This document shows, in pieces, positions 24,812 through 32,701 of a stretch of 36,831 nt of DNA (position 1 is its first letter; each line of letters opens with the position of its first letter). A program made the position numbers and the translations under genes. Location: NCBI GenBank assembly GCA_016208645.1, contig JACQXP010000125.1, positions 1 to 36,831 of the forward strand, read 5' to 3'. Source of the DNA: Candidatus Methylomirabilota bacterium. Its GTDB lineage: Bacteria; Methylomirabilota; Methylomirabilia; Methylomirabilales; 2-02-FULL-66-22. Under the pieces are notes generated by a model. The model was not told where the DNA came from, made no database searches, and saw nothing but the letters and a program-made list of their open reading frames with translations.

Positions 24812-25594
24812 TCAGAAGGGCACGCCAGGCGCCGTGCAGATCTGAAACCGGACGCCGATGGGGCGGTACATCATCGGGGGCCACCATGGCCGGGGCAGGA
24901 TCCCATCGTGGAGGGCCCAGCTTCGCCCGCGGATGCTGGCGCCTGCGGCCGGTGTTCGGAAGGGAGTTCGCCCGTCCAGCCGCGCCTCCAGCTCTCCGCC
25001 CGGCAGGAATCCCCGGTGGAGGACTTCCAGCCGCTCCTGACCGGCGAGGTAAGCGAACCCGTGGCGCTCGTAGATGAGGGCGTTGTGGTAGAAAAAAGCC
25101 TCCAGGACCAGGGCCGGCTTCTCCAGGCGCGCCGCGAACGCCTCGATCCGGTCCAGCGTGGATCGAAGCATCCGAAGGCCCGGGCGGATCTGCCCCGGCG
25201 TCAACCCGGCCCGCATGGCGGATTCCTCCTCCCGCAGGTTCCGGGACCGCGCGCCCAGCTCCGTGATCCTTCCCTCGTCATCCAGATCTATGCCAAAGCG
25301 CGGGCCCTCGGGATCATTCAGGATGATCCAGGTGATCAGGAGACTCCCGTACCGGCTCTCGTCCAGCTTCAGGAAGAACGCCGGGTCGAGGGCATCGGCC
25401 CGATGTTTGATGCTGAGCCGGACCGAGGCCTTATCGGGTGGAGCCTCCAGGCTGGCGAGCTGTCTTCCCTGGGGGTCGGTGAAGGTGAGCGGGTCGAGCC
25501 CGAAGCGCTCATAGAACGACGAGGGGATGATGGAGAGATAGCACCGATCGCGCTCCACAGCGGGGAGGGCGTTGATCTGGCGCAGGCTGATCAC
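24812..25594 (-). CDS. Hypothetical protein, last gene of the envelope-remodelling operon; weak GNAT-like C-terminal motif
   Basis: This is the only open frame downstream of the PAP2 gene. The proposed GTG start at 25594 follows GGAG by 10 nt. I recognise no family; LEAFFYHNALIYERHGFAY only loosely resembles an acyl-CoA N-acyltransferase motif. Confidence 0.5.
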   Translation of the reverse strand: MISLRQINALPAVERDRCYLSIIPSSFYERFGLDPLTFTDPQGRQLASLEAPPDKASVRLSIKHRADALDPAFFLKLDESRYGSLLITWIILNDPEGPRFGIDLDDEGRITELGARSRNLREEESAMRAGLTPGQIRPGLRMLRSTLDRIEAFAARLEKPALVLEAFFYHNALIYERHGFAYLAGQERLEVLHRGFLPGGELEARLDGRTPFRTPAAGASIRGRSWALHDGILPRPWWPPMMYRPIGVRFQICTAPGVPF

Positions 25595-25617
25595 CGCGCG
25601 TGGGCTCCGCCAGGGGA

Positions 25618-26205
25618 TCAGCCCGCCTCGCTCGGTGCTGGCCCGCGACCCGCGTTGGACCAGCCGGGCCAGGCGCGGGCGACGCAGGAGTAAGCGAGCC
25701 ACCCGATGCCGGCGCCCCAGAGGGCTCCGGCCAGGACGTCCGCCGGATAGTGGACGCCCACGTACACCCGGGAATAGGCCACCCCGGCCGCCAGGACGAA
25801 GAGGGCCCACCGCCAGCGGCGGAAGCCCAGCCATCCGACCGTGGCCACGGCAAACATGTTGCTGGCGTGGTTGGATGGCAAGGAGAAGGACCGGGTACAG
25901 CCGACCAGCACATGGACGTCGGGGATCACGTGACACGGCCGGATTCGTTGGAAGCCGGCCTTGATCAGGTTGGCACCCAGGTCGGAGAGGGCCACGGCCG
26001 CCACGGCCACGGCCAGCAGGACCCACATCCGTCGCCCGCCCCACACCATCAACAGGAGAATCCCCACGGCCGCAGGCAGGAGGGCGTAGCGCTTCGTGCT
26101 CAGGATCGGCATCAGGATATCGAAGAGCGGATTCTGGAGGGTCTGGTTGATCAGCAGAAAACCCCAGGCATCCAGAGCCCGGAGGCCCGACAAGAGGTTC
26201 GGCAT
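25618..26205 (-). CDS. PAP2-superfamily lipid phosphatase (LpxE/LpxF/PgpB-like)
   Basis: All three PAP2 motifs are present: KAGFQRIRP (KX6RP), PSNH, and SRVYVGVHYPAD (SRX5HX3D), in a polytopic membrane protein. The start is ATG 26205. Confidence 0.82.
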   Translation of the reverse strand: MPNLLSGLRALDAWGFLLINQTLQNPLFDILMPILSTKRYALLPAAVGILLLMVWGGRRMWVLLAVAVAAVALSDLGANLIKAGFQRIRPCHVIPDVHVLVGCTRSFSLPSNHASNMFAVATVGWLGFRRWRWALFVLAAGVAYSRVYVGVHYPADVLAGALWGAGIGWLAYSCVARAWPGWSNAGRGPAPSEAG

Positions 26206-26213
26206 CGTCCGGC

Positions 26214-27191
26214 TCAGGTGTCCACCCGCTTGGTGGAATGCGCGTTGACGAGAAAGGCCAGGCCGCCCAGGCCGCTGACCACCAGCGTCAGGGAGAACCA
26301 GGCCAGCGACATGGTGAGGGCGGTGGCCGCGTCCACGCCGACCTTGGCGAAGAAGTAGACGGCGCCTCCCTCGCGCACGCCGAGCCCGGCCACCGATACG
26401 GGCAGCATGGCCACGACAGTGATCAGAGGGACGTACAGGAAGAAGTAGGCGATGGGCACCCCCAGGTTGAGGCCGGCGCCGATGAGGTAGTAGGTGACGA
26501 TGATCAGGGCCTGGAGCACGGTCGAGAGGAGGACGGCCTGCCACAGCGCCCAGTGATGTCCCCGATAGCGGTGGAGCGCGTCCACCAGGCCCTGCAGCTT
26601 GGCCTGGAACCGCGCCAGGCCCACGAGCCGCAAGAGGCCCGAGGCGCGCTCTTTCACGCGATCATGGAGGAGCACGGCGATGGTCAGGCCGAATGCCGCA
26701 GCCACCGCCAGGATCATGACGGCGACCTGGGGGTCGCGGATCCGGCCGTAGGCCAATGCCAGGGCACCCAGGGCAATGGCAATCAGGGCGGCAAAGCCGG
26801 ACAGGCGATCCACCAGGATCGAGGCGATGGACGCATCGTGTCCCCGGGTGATTTTGTAGATGGCGTAACCCCGGACAATATCACCACCAACCAGGGTCGG
26901 CAGGAACAGATTGAAGAAGGCCCCCTCGAAATAGACGAGCGTGAGGCGCCAGAAGGGCAGGCGAATCCCCTCAGCCAAAAGCAGGCGTTGCCAGCGGATC
27001 GTGCTGATGAGATAGCCCAGGGCATACAGACCCAGGCATCCCAGGAAGACCTTCAGGGGCAGCGCCTGGAGGGTGCGGAGGAATGTCGCGCGGTCCGCGC
27101 GCCAGAAAAGCACCGCCAGGAGCAGGCCGCTCATCAGGAGCTTGCCTAGAAATATGAGGCGGCCTTTCCCTCGCGGCGCCTGGGGGTCCAT
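26214..27191 (-). CDS. Flippase-like / lysyl-phosphatidylglycerol-synthase-TM-domain family membrane protein
   Basis: 325 aa and polytopic. GGDIVRGY and LPVSVAGLGVREG fit my memory of the UPF0104/LPG_synthase_TM family. Its ATG overlaps the GT2 stop (ATGA). Confidence 0.7.
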   Translation of the reverse strand: MDPQAPRGKGRLIFLGKLLMSGLLLAVLFWRADRATFLRTLQALPLKVFLGCLGLYALGYLISTIRWQRLLLAEGIRLPFWRLTLVYFEGAFFNLFLPTLVGGDIVRGYAIYKITRGHDASIASILVDRLSGFAALIAIALGALALAYGRIRDPQVAVMILAVAAAFGLTIAVLLHDRVKERASGLLRLVGLARFQAKLQGLVDALHRYRGHHWALWQAVLLSTVLQALIIVTYYLIGAGLNLGVPIAYFFLYVPLITVVAMLPVSVAGLGVREGGAVYFFAKVGVDAATALTMSLAWFSLTLVVSGLGGLAFLVNAHSTKRVDT

Positions 27192-28162
27192 CAGGCCTCC
27201 CGGCCGGGATGGCCCAGGACGCGCTTGACCATGTAGATCGGCTTGCGCTGGGACTCGTGGTACACCCGGACGAGCAGCTCGCCCAGGAGCCCCATCACGA
27301 TGAGCTGCACCCCGACGAGGATGAGCAGGATCCCCAGGAACAAGAGGGGGCGTCCCCCGATCTGGGCGCCGAACGCGAGCTTGAGCACGCTGAGATAGCC
27401 GCCGATCGCGAATCCGACGCCGGCCGCGCAGATCCCCAGGAGGCCGAAGACCTGGATGGGTTTCGTGGCGAAGCTCAGCAGGAATTTGACCGTGATGAGA
27501 TCCAGGATGACCCGCAGCGTTCGGAAGATGCCGTACTTGGAGCGGCCGAAGCGCCGCGCCCGATGGTGCGTCTCCACCTCGGTCAGGCTGATTCCCATCC
27601 AGCTGGCGATGGCCGGGATGAAGCGGTGCATCTCGCCGTACAGGCGGAGGTGCTCCACGACCTCCCGCCGGTAGGCCTTGAGGGTGCAGCCGTAGTCGTG
27701 CAGGCGGATGCCGGTGACCAGGGAGATGAGCCAGTTGGCCAGCATGGAGGGGAGCCGCCGGCTCAGGAACGGGTCCTGCCGTCTCCGCCGCCAGCCACTG
27801 ACCACGTCGAAATCCTTGGCCAGGGCGAGGAGCCGCGGAATGTCGGCCGGATCGTTCTGCAAATCCCCGTCCAGGGTGACGATCACGTCGCCCCGGGCGT
27901 GGTCGAACCCGGCGGACATGGCGGCCGTCTGGCCGAAGTTCCGCCGCAGGCCCACCAGCACCCAGCGGGGGTCCTGGGCGCGCACGTTCTCCAGCCGGGT
28001 CCACGTTCCATCCGTGGACCCATCATCCACCGCGACGACCTCGTAGGCGATCCCGTGGGGGTCCAGGGCCTGCCGGATCTCCTCGGCGAGGAGCGGGACG
28101 TTGTCTTCCTCGTTGAAGACGGGAATCACGATGGAGAGGGTCGGTCGGACGTCAGTCGCCAC
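27191..28162 (-). CDS. Family 2 glycosyltransferase, polyprenyl-phosphate sugar synthase type (ArnC/GtrB/DPM1-like)
   Basis: LSIVIPVFNEE, VDDGSTDGT, LDGDLQNDP (DXD) and two C-terminal TM helices. The GTG start is preceded by GAGGAGG. Confidence 0.85.
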   Translation of the reverse strand: MATDVRPTLSIVIPVFNEEDNVPLLAEEIRQALDPHGIAYEVVAVDDGSTDGTWTRLENVRAQDPRWVLVGLRRNFGQTAAMSAGFDHARGDVIVTLDGDLQNDPADIPRLLALAKDFDVVSGWRRRRQDPFLSRRLPSMLANWLISLVTGIRLHDYGCTLKAYRREVVEHLRLYGEMHRFIPAIASWMGISLTEVETHHRARRFGRSKYGIFRTLRVILDLITVKFLLSFATKPIQVFGLLGICAAGVGFAIGGYLSVLKLAFGAQIGGRPLLFLGILLILVGVQLIVMGLLGELLVRVYHESQRKPIYMVKRVLGHPGREA

Positions 28163-28198
28163 GAGTCCTCCTCGAGGCCGTAAGACTCAAACCATAGC

Positions 28199-28240
28199 AA
28201 CCGCAGATGAACGCAAATGAACGCAGATGATTCTCTGGGG
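28199..28240. repeat. GAACGCArAT-type 10-nt-period array (single arm), same subfamily as 15088-15117
   Basis: accgcagatgaacgcaaatgaacgcagatgattctctgggg. It shares ATGAACGCAAAT (28207-28218) and the TTCTCTsGGG flank with the array at 15088. Confidence 0.8.
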
Positions 28241-28252
28241 GGGTCCAAACCC

Positions 28253-28330
28253 AAAAACTGACAACCGACAACTGACAATCTGGCAATGATCCGTTGTCGG
28301 TTGTCCGTTGTCCGTTTTTCATTGCCAATC
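28253..28330. repeat. Inverted GACAAnn / CCGTTGT heptamer arrays abutting the GT39 stop
   Basis: GACAACC GACAACT GACAATC TGGCAAT, then CCGTTGT CGGTTGT CCGTTGT CCGTTTT TCATTGC. There are two exact helices: 28260-28272 with 28293-28305 (13 bp), and 28281-28289 with 28319-28327 (9 bp). Confidence 0.85.
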
Positions 28331-29696
28331 AGTACCCGGTGAATGCCCGGGGCGGGAATCCCCGGAAATCCCGGCCCCAGTAGATCGAGAAATCGCGCAG
28401 GGGCTTCCCCCGGTGCAGGATGGGGACCACCCGTACCCGCTCCACCTGCTGGAAGGCGCTGCGCAGTTCCCCCGGCGGTTCGCCGGACCCGTACGTCACG
28501 AAGAGGCCGTCCCGTCCCCGCAATTCGTCCCAGCCCCCCCACAGATCGTACTGGTTCATCCGGCGGCCCAGGTTGGCGTTGAATACCTGGGGATGGCCCT
28601 CCACGTAGAATGCCAGTTCGCTGGCGATCTGGTAACGGTCGCTGACCAGAAACGGTGGCTGGGGCACGCTGCGCATCTGGTCGCGCACCGCGCGTCCCAG
28701 CTCGGGCCAGCCGCGCAGTCGCTTGCTGACCAGGTCCACTGCCGCCGGGACCCGAGCGCCGAACAGCCCCAGGACGTCGGGAAAGAGCGCCACGGGGAGC
28801 AGCAGGGCCGGCAGGATTATAGAAGCACGCAGCAGGCCGTTCAAGCGTCTCGTCGTCTGGCGGTGTTCCCCCCACCTCGGCCAGGTCTCGCTCCAGCCGG
28901 CGGCCGCCACCGCAGCGGTGAGGTAGGCATGCGCCGCCCAGTTGGCCTGGACCTTCGTCGCGAAGCTCCAGGCCTGGAAGAAGAGGAAGACGGGGGCCGA
29001 GAAACAGGCCAGCAACAGGAGGTCGTCCCGCGACTGACGGAGACCCTCCTGCCAGGCCCAGGCTACCGCCAGGAGCATGAGCACGAAGAGGAAGGGCGAC
29101 ACCACGCCGAGCTGCGTCCCCAGAAACTCCGGGCCCCCGAGCAGCGAGGAGCCAATGTCCCACTGTGAGCCACTCCCCGCCTGGACCAGGACGTGGCGAC
29201 CCGACAACCAGCTGTGCCGGGCATTCCAGACGACGACCGGGCTGAAGATCAGGAGGCCCAGGCAGGCAGCCTCGTAGGGTTCCCGGCGGCGGAGCCACGG
29301 ACGCAGCCGGGGCGAGGCCAGCAGCCACAGGAGGACACAGGGCAGGAGCATGAGCATGGTGTACTTGCTGAGCAGACCGAAGCCGAAGGCGATTCCGGCG
29401 CCGTACCAGGCCGCCTGGCTGCGGCGGCGCACGGCGTGACAGAGGCACAGGCTTGCCAGGCCCCAGAAGAACACGAACGGCGGATCAATGGTCATCAGGA
29501 AGGAGCCGGCCGCGTACAGCGGCATCAGGCTGAGGAACACGACGCTCAGGAAGGCGGCGCGCTCGCTCTGGAAGATCCGTCGCGTCAGGACATAGGCGAT
29601 TCCGGCCAGGGCGGTCCCCAGCAGCACCGCCGGCAGGCGCACCCAGAATTCCGTGTGGCCACCCAGGCGGGTGCTGATCCCGATGAGGAATGCCAC
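28329..29696 (-). CDS. Family 39 glycosyltransferase (ArnT/PMT_2-like lipid-linked sugar transferase); 5' end anomalous
   Basis: Polytopic; the first canonical start is GTG 29696. The same frame stays open upstream to TAG 29823-29825 and encodes RWPLAPDEAHYWEWSRRPDWSYYSKGPL, the conserved loop-1 motif of this family. There is no ATG/GTG/TTG and no first TM helix in that stretch. Confidence 0.75.
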   Translation of the reverse strand: MAFLIGISTRLGGHTEFWVRLPAVLLGTALAGIAYVLTRRIFQSERAAFLSVVFLSLMPLYAAGSFLMTIDPPFVFFWGLASLCLCHAVRRRSQAAWYGAGIAFGFGLLSKYTMLMLLPCVLLWLLASPRLRPWLRRREPYEAACLGLLIFSPVVVWNARHSWLSGRHVLVQAGSGSQWDIGSSLLGGPEFLGTQLGVVSPFLFVLMLLAVAWAWQEGLRQSRDDLLLLACFSAPVFLFFQAWSFATKVQANWAAHAYLTAAVAAAGWSETWPRWGEHRQTTRRLNGLLRASIILPALLLPVALFPDVLGLFGARVPAAVDLVSKRLRGWPELGRAVRDQMRSVPQPPFLVSDRYQIASELAFYVEGHPQVFNANLGRRMNQYDLWGGWDELRGRDGLFVTYGSGEPPGELRSAFQQVERVRVVPILHRGKPLRDFSIYWGRDFRGFPPRAFTGY

Positions 29697-29824
29697 CAGG
29701 GGACCCTTGCTGTAATAGCTCCAGTCCGGGCGGCGAGACCACTCCCAGTAGTGGGCCTCGTCGGGGGCGAGTGGCCAGCGGCTCTCACGCGGCAGAGGCT
29801 CCGGCCCCGGCGGGGGAAGGAACT

Positions 29825-29899
29825 ACGAATAACGAATAACGAATGACGAATATCGAAGTCAAAAATTCGTAATTCGTAATTCGTAATTCGAAATTGCGT
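29825..29899. repeat. Inverted ACGAATr (29825-29859) / ATTCGTA (29865-29899) heptamer arrays
   Basis: Five phased units per arm with a 5-nt spacer. The arms align as reverse complements at about 23 of 27 positions in the best register. The element lies between the purE stop and the GT39 gene. Confidence 0.85.
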
Positions 29900-29909
29900 T
29901 GCGATCGCA

Positions 29910-30449
29910 TCAGGCGGGCTCCGGCTGGATCTGCCGATCCTTGGTGGCGACCTCGGCGGCCATGCGAGCGCGGTAGTCGGCCAACTTCCGCTTGAGATGG
30001 GCATCCGACAGCGCCAGGATCTGGACGGCCAGCAGGGCCGCGTTGCGCGCGCCGGCCCGCCCGATCGACACGCTGGCGACTGGCACCCCGCCGGGCATCT
30101 GCACCGTGGAGAGCAGGGCGTCCAGGCCGCTCAGCGGGCCGGAATCCATCGGCACGCCGATCACCGGCAGCGTCACGTGGGCAGCCAGGACGCCGGCCAG
30201 GTGCGCCGCGCCGCCGGCCCCGGCGATCAGGACCCGGATCCCGCGTCCCTCGGCCTCGCCGGCGTAGCGGGTGAGCCGGTCCGGGGTCCGATGCGCCGAG
30301 CAGATCCGCAGCTCGTGAGGGACGCCGAATTCCTCCAGGATCTTGCCCGCCTCCTGCATGGTGGGGAGATCCGAGTCACTGCCCATCAGGATCCCCACCC
30401 GTGGCGCTCGGCCGGCCGGCAAGGCGGACTTCGCTCGCTTGCGTGTCAT
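29910..30449 (-). CDS. purE: 5-(carboxyamino)imidazole ribonucleotide mutase
   Basis: [22 protein letters not shown] and [12 protein letters not shown] are class I PurE signatures. Confidence 0.92.
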   Translation of the reverse strand: MTRKRAKSALPAGRAPRVGILMGSDSDLPTMQEAGKILEEFGVPHELRICSAHRTPDRLTRYAGEAEGRGIRVLIAGAGGAAHLAGVLAAHVTLPVIGVPMDSGPLSGLDALLSTVQMPGGVPVASVSIGRAGARNAALLAVQILALSDAHLKRKLADYRARMAAEVATKDRQIQPEPA

Positions 30450-30465
30450 ACACCCCCGTCCTCAA

Positions 30466-30533
30466 TTTTGGATTTCGGATTGCGGATTTCGGATTGAAAT
30501 TCGAAATCTGAAATTCGACATTCGAAATTTGCC
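30466..30533. repeat. About 9.5 heptamers in one phase filling the purD-purE spacer; the unit switches from TTnCGGA to TCGAAAT
   Basis: TTTTGGA TTTCGGA TTGCGGA TTTCGGA TTGAAAT TCGAAAT CTGAAAT TCGACAT TCGAAAT TTGCC. Confidence 0.85.
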
Positions 30534-30534
30534 G

Positions 30535-31818
30535 TCAGGCGGCCCGCCCCAGCCCCTTCCGGCCGATGTCGGTGCGATAGTGGGCCCCCTCCCACCGGAT
30601 CTTTTCCACGGCGCGATAGGCGCGGGCGATGGCATCGGGGACGTCCTTGCCCAGGGCGGTGACGCCCAGCACGCGTCCGCCGCTGGTGACCACCTTTCCG
30701 CCGGACAGCGCCGTCCCGGCATGGAAGACGACCACGTCCTTGAGGCGGGCGGCGGCACGCAGGCCACTGATCACTTTCCCCTTCTCATGGGCCCCCGGAT
30801 AGCCTCCCGACGCCATGACCACGCAGACGGCCGGCTCTGGTCGCCAGCGGATGTCCACCTCGTGCAGCCGGCGATCCACCACGGCCTCCAGGACCGGGAG
30901 GAGATCACTCTCCATGCGCACGAGCAGCGGCTGCGCCTCCGGGTCGCCGAAACGGGCGTTGAACTCCAGCGCCTTCGGCTCGCCACCCTTGATCATCAGG
31001 CCCGCGTACAGCACCCCGCGGTACGGGCGACCCTCGGCGGCCATGGCCTTGACCGTGGGGATCATGACCTGCTCCATGATCTTGCGGTGGACCTCGTCGG
31101 TGACCACGGGTGCCGGCGAGTAGGCCCCCATGCCACCCGTGTTGGGGCCCTTGTCGTCGTCGAAGACTGCCTTGTGATCCTGGGAAGAGGCCATGGGCAG
31201 CACGGTCTCTCCGTCGGTGAAGGCCAGGAACGACGCTTCCTCGCCGCACAAGAACTCCTCCACCACGACCTTCTCGCCGGCGTCCCCGAAGACGCGGTCC
31301 TCCATGATGATCTTGATGGCGTCCAGGGCCTCCTTCACCGTCTGGCAGACGATCGCCCCCTTGCCCGAGGCCAGCCCGTCGGCCTTGACCACGATGGGCG
31401 CGCCGACGTCCTGGATGTAGCGTTTGGCGTCCTCGACCCGGTAGAAGGTCTGGAAGAAGCCGGTGGGGATCTTGTACTTCTTCATGAGCCGCTTGGTGAA
31501 GACCTTGCTGCCCTCCAGGATGGCCGCCCGCTGGTTGGCCCCGAAGATCCGGAGGCCGCGGCTCTCGAATTCGTCCACGATGCCCAGCGTCAGGGGCAGT
31601 TCGGGACCGACCACCGTCAGGTCAATCCCCCGCTTGGCGGCGAAGTCGGCCAGCCGGCGCACCTCGGACGCGCCGAGGTCGGCGCATTCCGCCAGCTCGG
31701 CGATGCCGGCATTGCCGGGCGCGGCGAAGAGCTGCTTGATGCGCGGACTCTGCTTCAGTTTCCAGACCAGGGCGTGTTCCCGACCCCCGCTCCCTACCAC
31801 GAGCACTCGCATGTTCAC
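30535..31818 (-). CDS. purD: Phosphoribosylamine--glycine ligase
   Basis: 427 aa with VLVVGSGGREHAL, an ATP-grasp core and a PurD C-terminal domain. Confidence 0.95.
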   Translation of the reverse strand: MNMRVLVVGSGGREHALVWKLKQSPRIKQLFAAPGNAGIAELAECADLGASEVRRLADFAAKRGIDLTVVGPELPLTLGIVDEFESRGLRIFGANQRAAILEGSKVFTKRLMKKYKIPTGFFQTFYRVEDAKRYIQDVGAPIVVKADGLASGKGAIVCQTVKEALDAIKIIMEDRVFGDAGEKVVVEEFLCGEEASFLAFTDGETVLPMASSQDHKAVFDDDKGPNTGGMGAYSPAPVVTDEVHRKIMEQVMIPTVKAMAAEGRPYRGVLYAGLMIKGGEPKALEFNARFGDPEAQPLLVRMESDLLPVLEAVVDRRLHEVDIRWRPEPAVCVVMASGGYPGAHEKGKVISGLRAAARLKDVVVFHAGTALSGGKVVTSGGRVLGVTALGKDVPDAIARAYRAVEKIRWEGAHYRTDIGRKGLGRAA

Positions 31819-32182
31819 TCCGTTTCACCCGATGTGAAATGTGCCGGCCGTCAATGCCGGAAGTGACGGATGCCGGTGAAGACCATGGCCATTCCGTGCT
31901 CATCGGCGGCCGCGATGACCTCGGCGTCCCGGACCGACCCGCCGGGCTGAATCACAGCGGTCACCCGCGCCTCTGCAGCCGCGTCCACCCCGTCGCGGAA
32001 GGGGAAGAAGGCGTCGGAGGCCAGCGCCGTTCCCTGGGTGGGAAAGTTTGCCTTCATCCTGGCCAGCCTGGCGGAATCCACACGGCACATCTGGCCGGCG
32101 CCGATGCCGACGGTGGCACGCGCCGTGGCGAGGACGATCCTGCACCAGCATGCCCCCGCTGATCCGCCGCATTTCGAACCCG

Positions 32183-32217
32183 CTCATGGCTGATGGCTCA
32201 TGGCTGATGGCTGGTGG
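32183..32217. repeat. Five phased heptamers (CTCATGG/CTGATGG) inside the purH coding sequence
   Basis: CTCATGG CTGATGG CTCATGG CTGATGG CTGGTGG on the plus strand. The array lies within the stretch read on the minus strand as [13 protein letters not shown], in a loop that varies between PurH proteins. Confidence 0.8.
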
Positions 32218-32680
32218 CATCTCGAGGAGGCGGAGATTCTTCCGATCCTTGAGAATGCCCAAGGCCTCGGCCGTGTATCCCGGGGCGACGACGGCCTCCA
32301 CGAAGGTGGAGGCGATCTCCCGGGCGGTGGCGGCGTCCAGCGGGCGGTTCGACCCCAGGACGCCTCCATAGGCAGAGACCGGGTCGGTGTCGCGCGCGCG
32401 GGTGTATGCCTGGACGAGTTCGGCTGCGGTCGCCACGCCGCAGGGGTTCGTGTGCTTGATGATGGCGACCACGGGCTCCCCCCATTCCTGGGCCAGCTCC
32501 CAGGCGGCGTGCAGGTCCATGAGGTTGTTGTAGGAGAGTTCCTTGCCCTGGAGCTGGCGGGCGGCGGCGATCCCGCCCTGCAGGGCCAGGTCCCGGTAGA
32601 AGGCCGCCCGCTGGTGCGGGTTCTCGCCGTAGCGCAGCTCCTGCACCTTCTCCAACCGGACGTGGAGGAGATGGGGAAAG

Positions 32681-32701
32681 GCGAGCCGAGAGCCGAGTAC
32701 C
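32681..32701. repeat. Three GAGAGCC-type heptamers inside the purH interdomain linker
   Basis: GCGAGCC GAGAGCC GAGTACC. The 17-mer at 32681-32697 is identical to 3437-3453. It is read on the minus strand as VLGSRLA. Confidence 0.7.

Noticed and set aside
32139-32217. Whether slippage in the purH heptamer array caused the purH frameshift.
   Set aside because: PurH homology is in frame on both sides of the array (KNLRLLE ... [13 protein letters not shown]). The frame change and missing segment lie about 45 nt away at about 32139, with no repeat at the junction.
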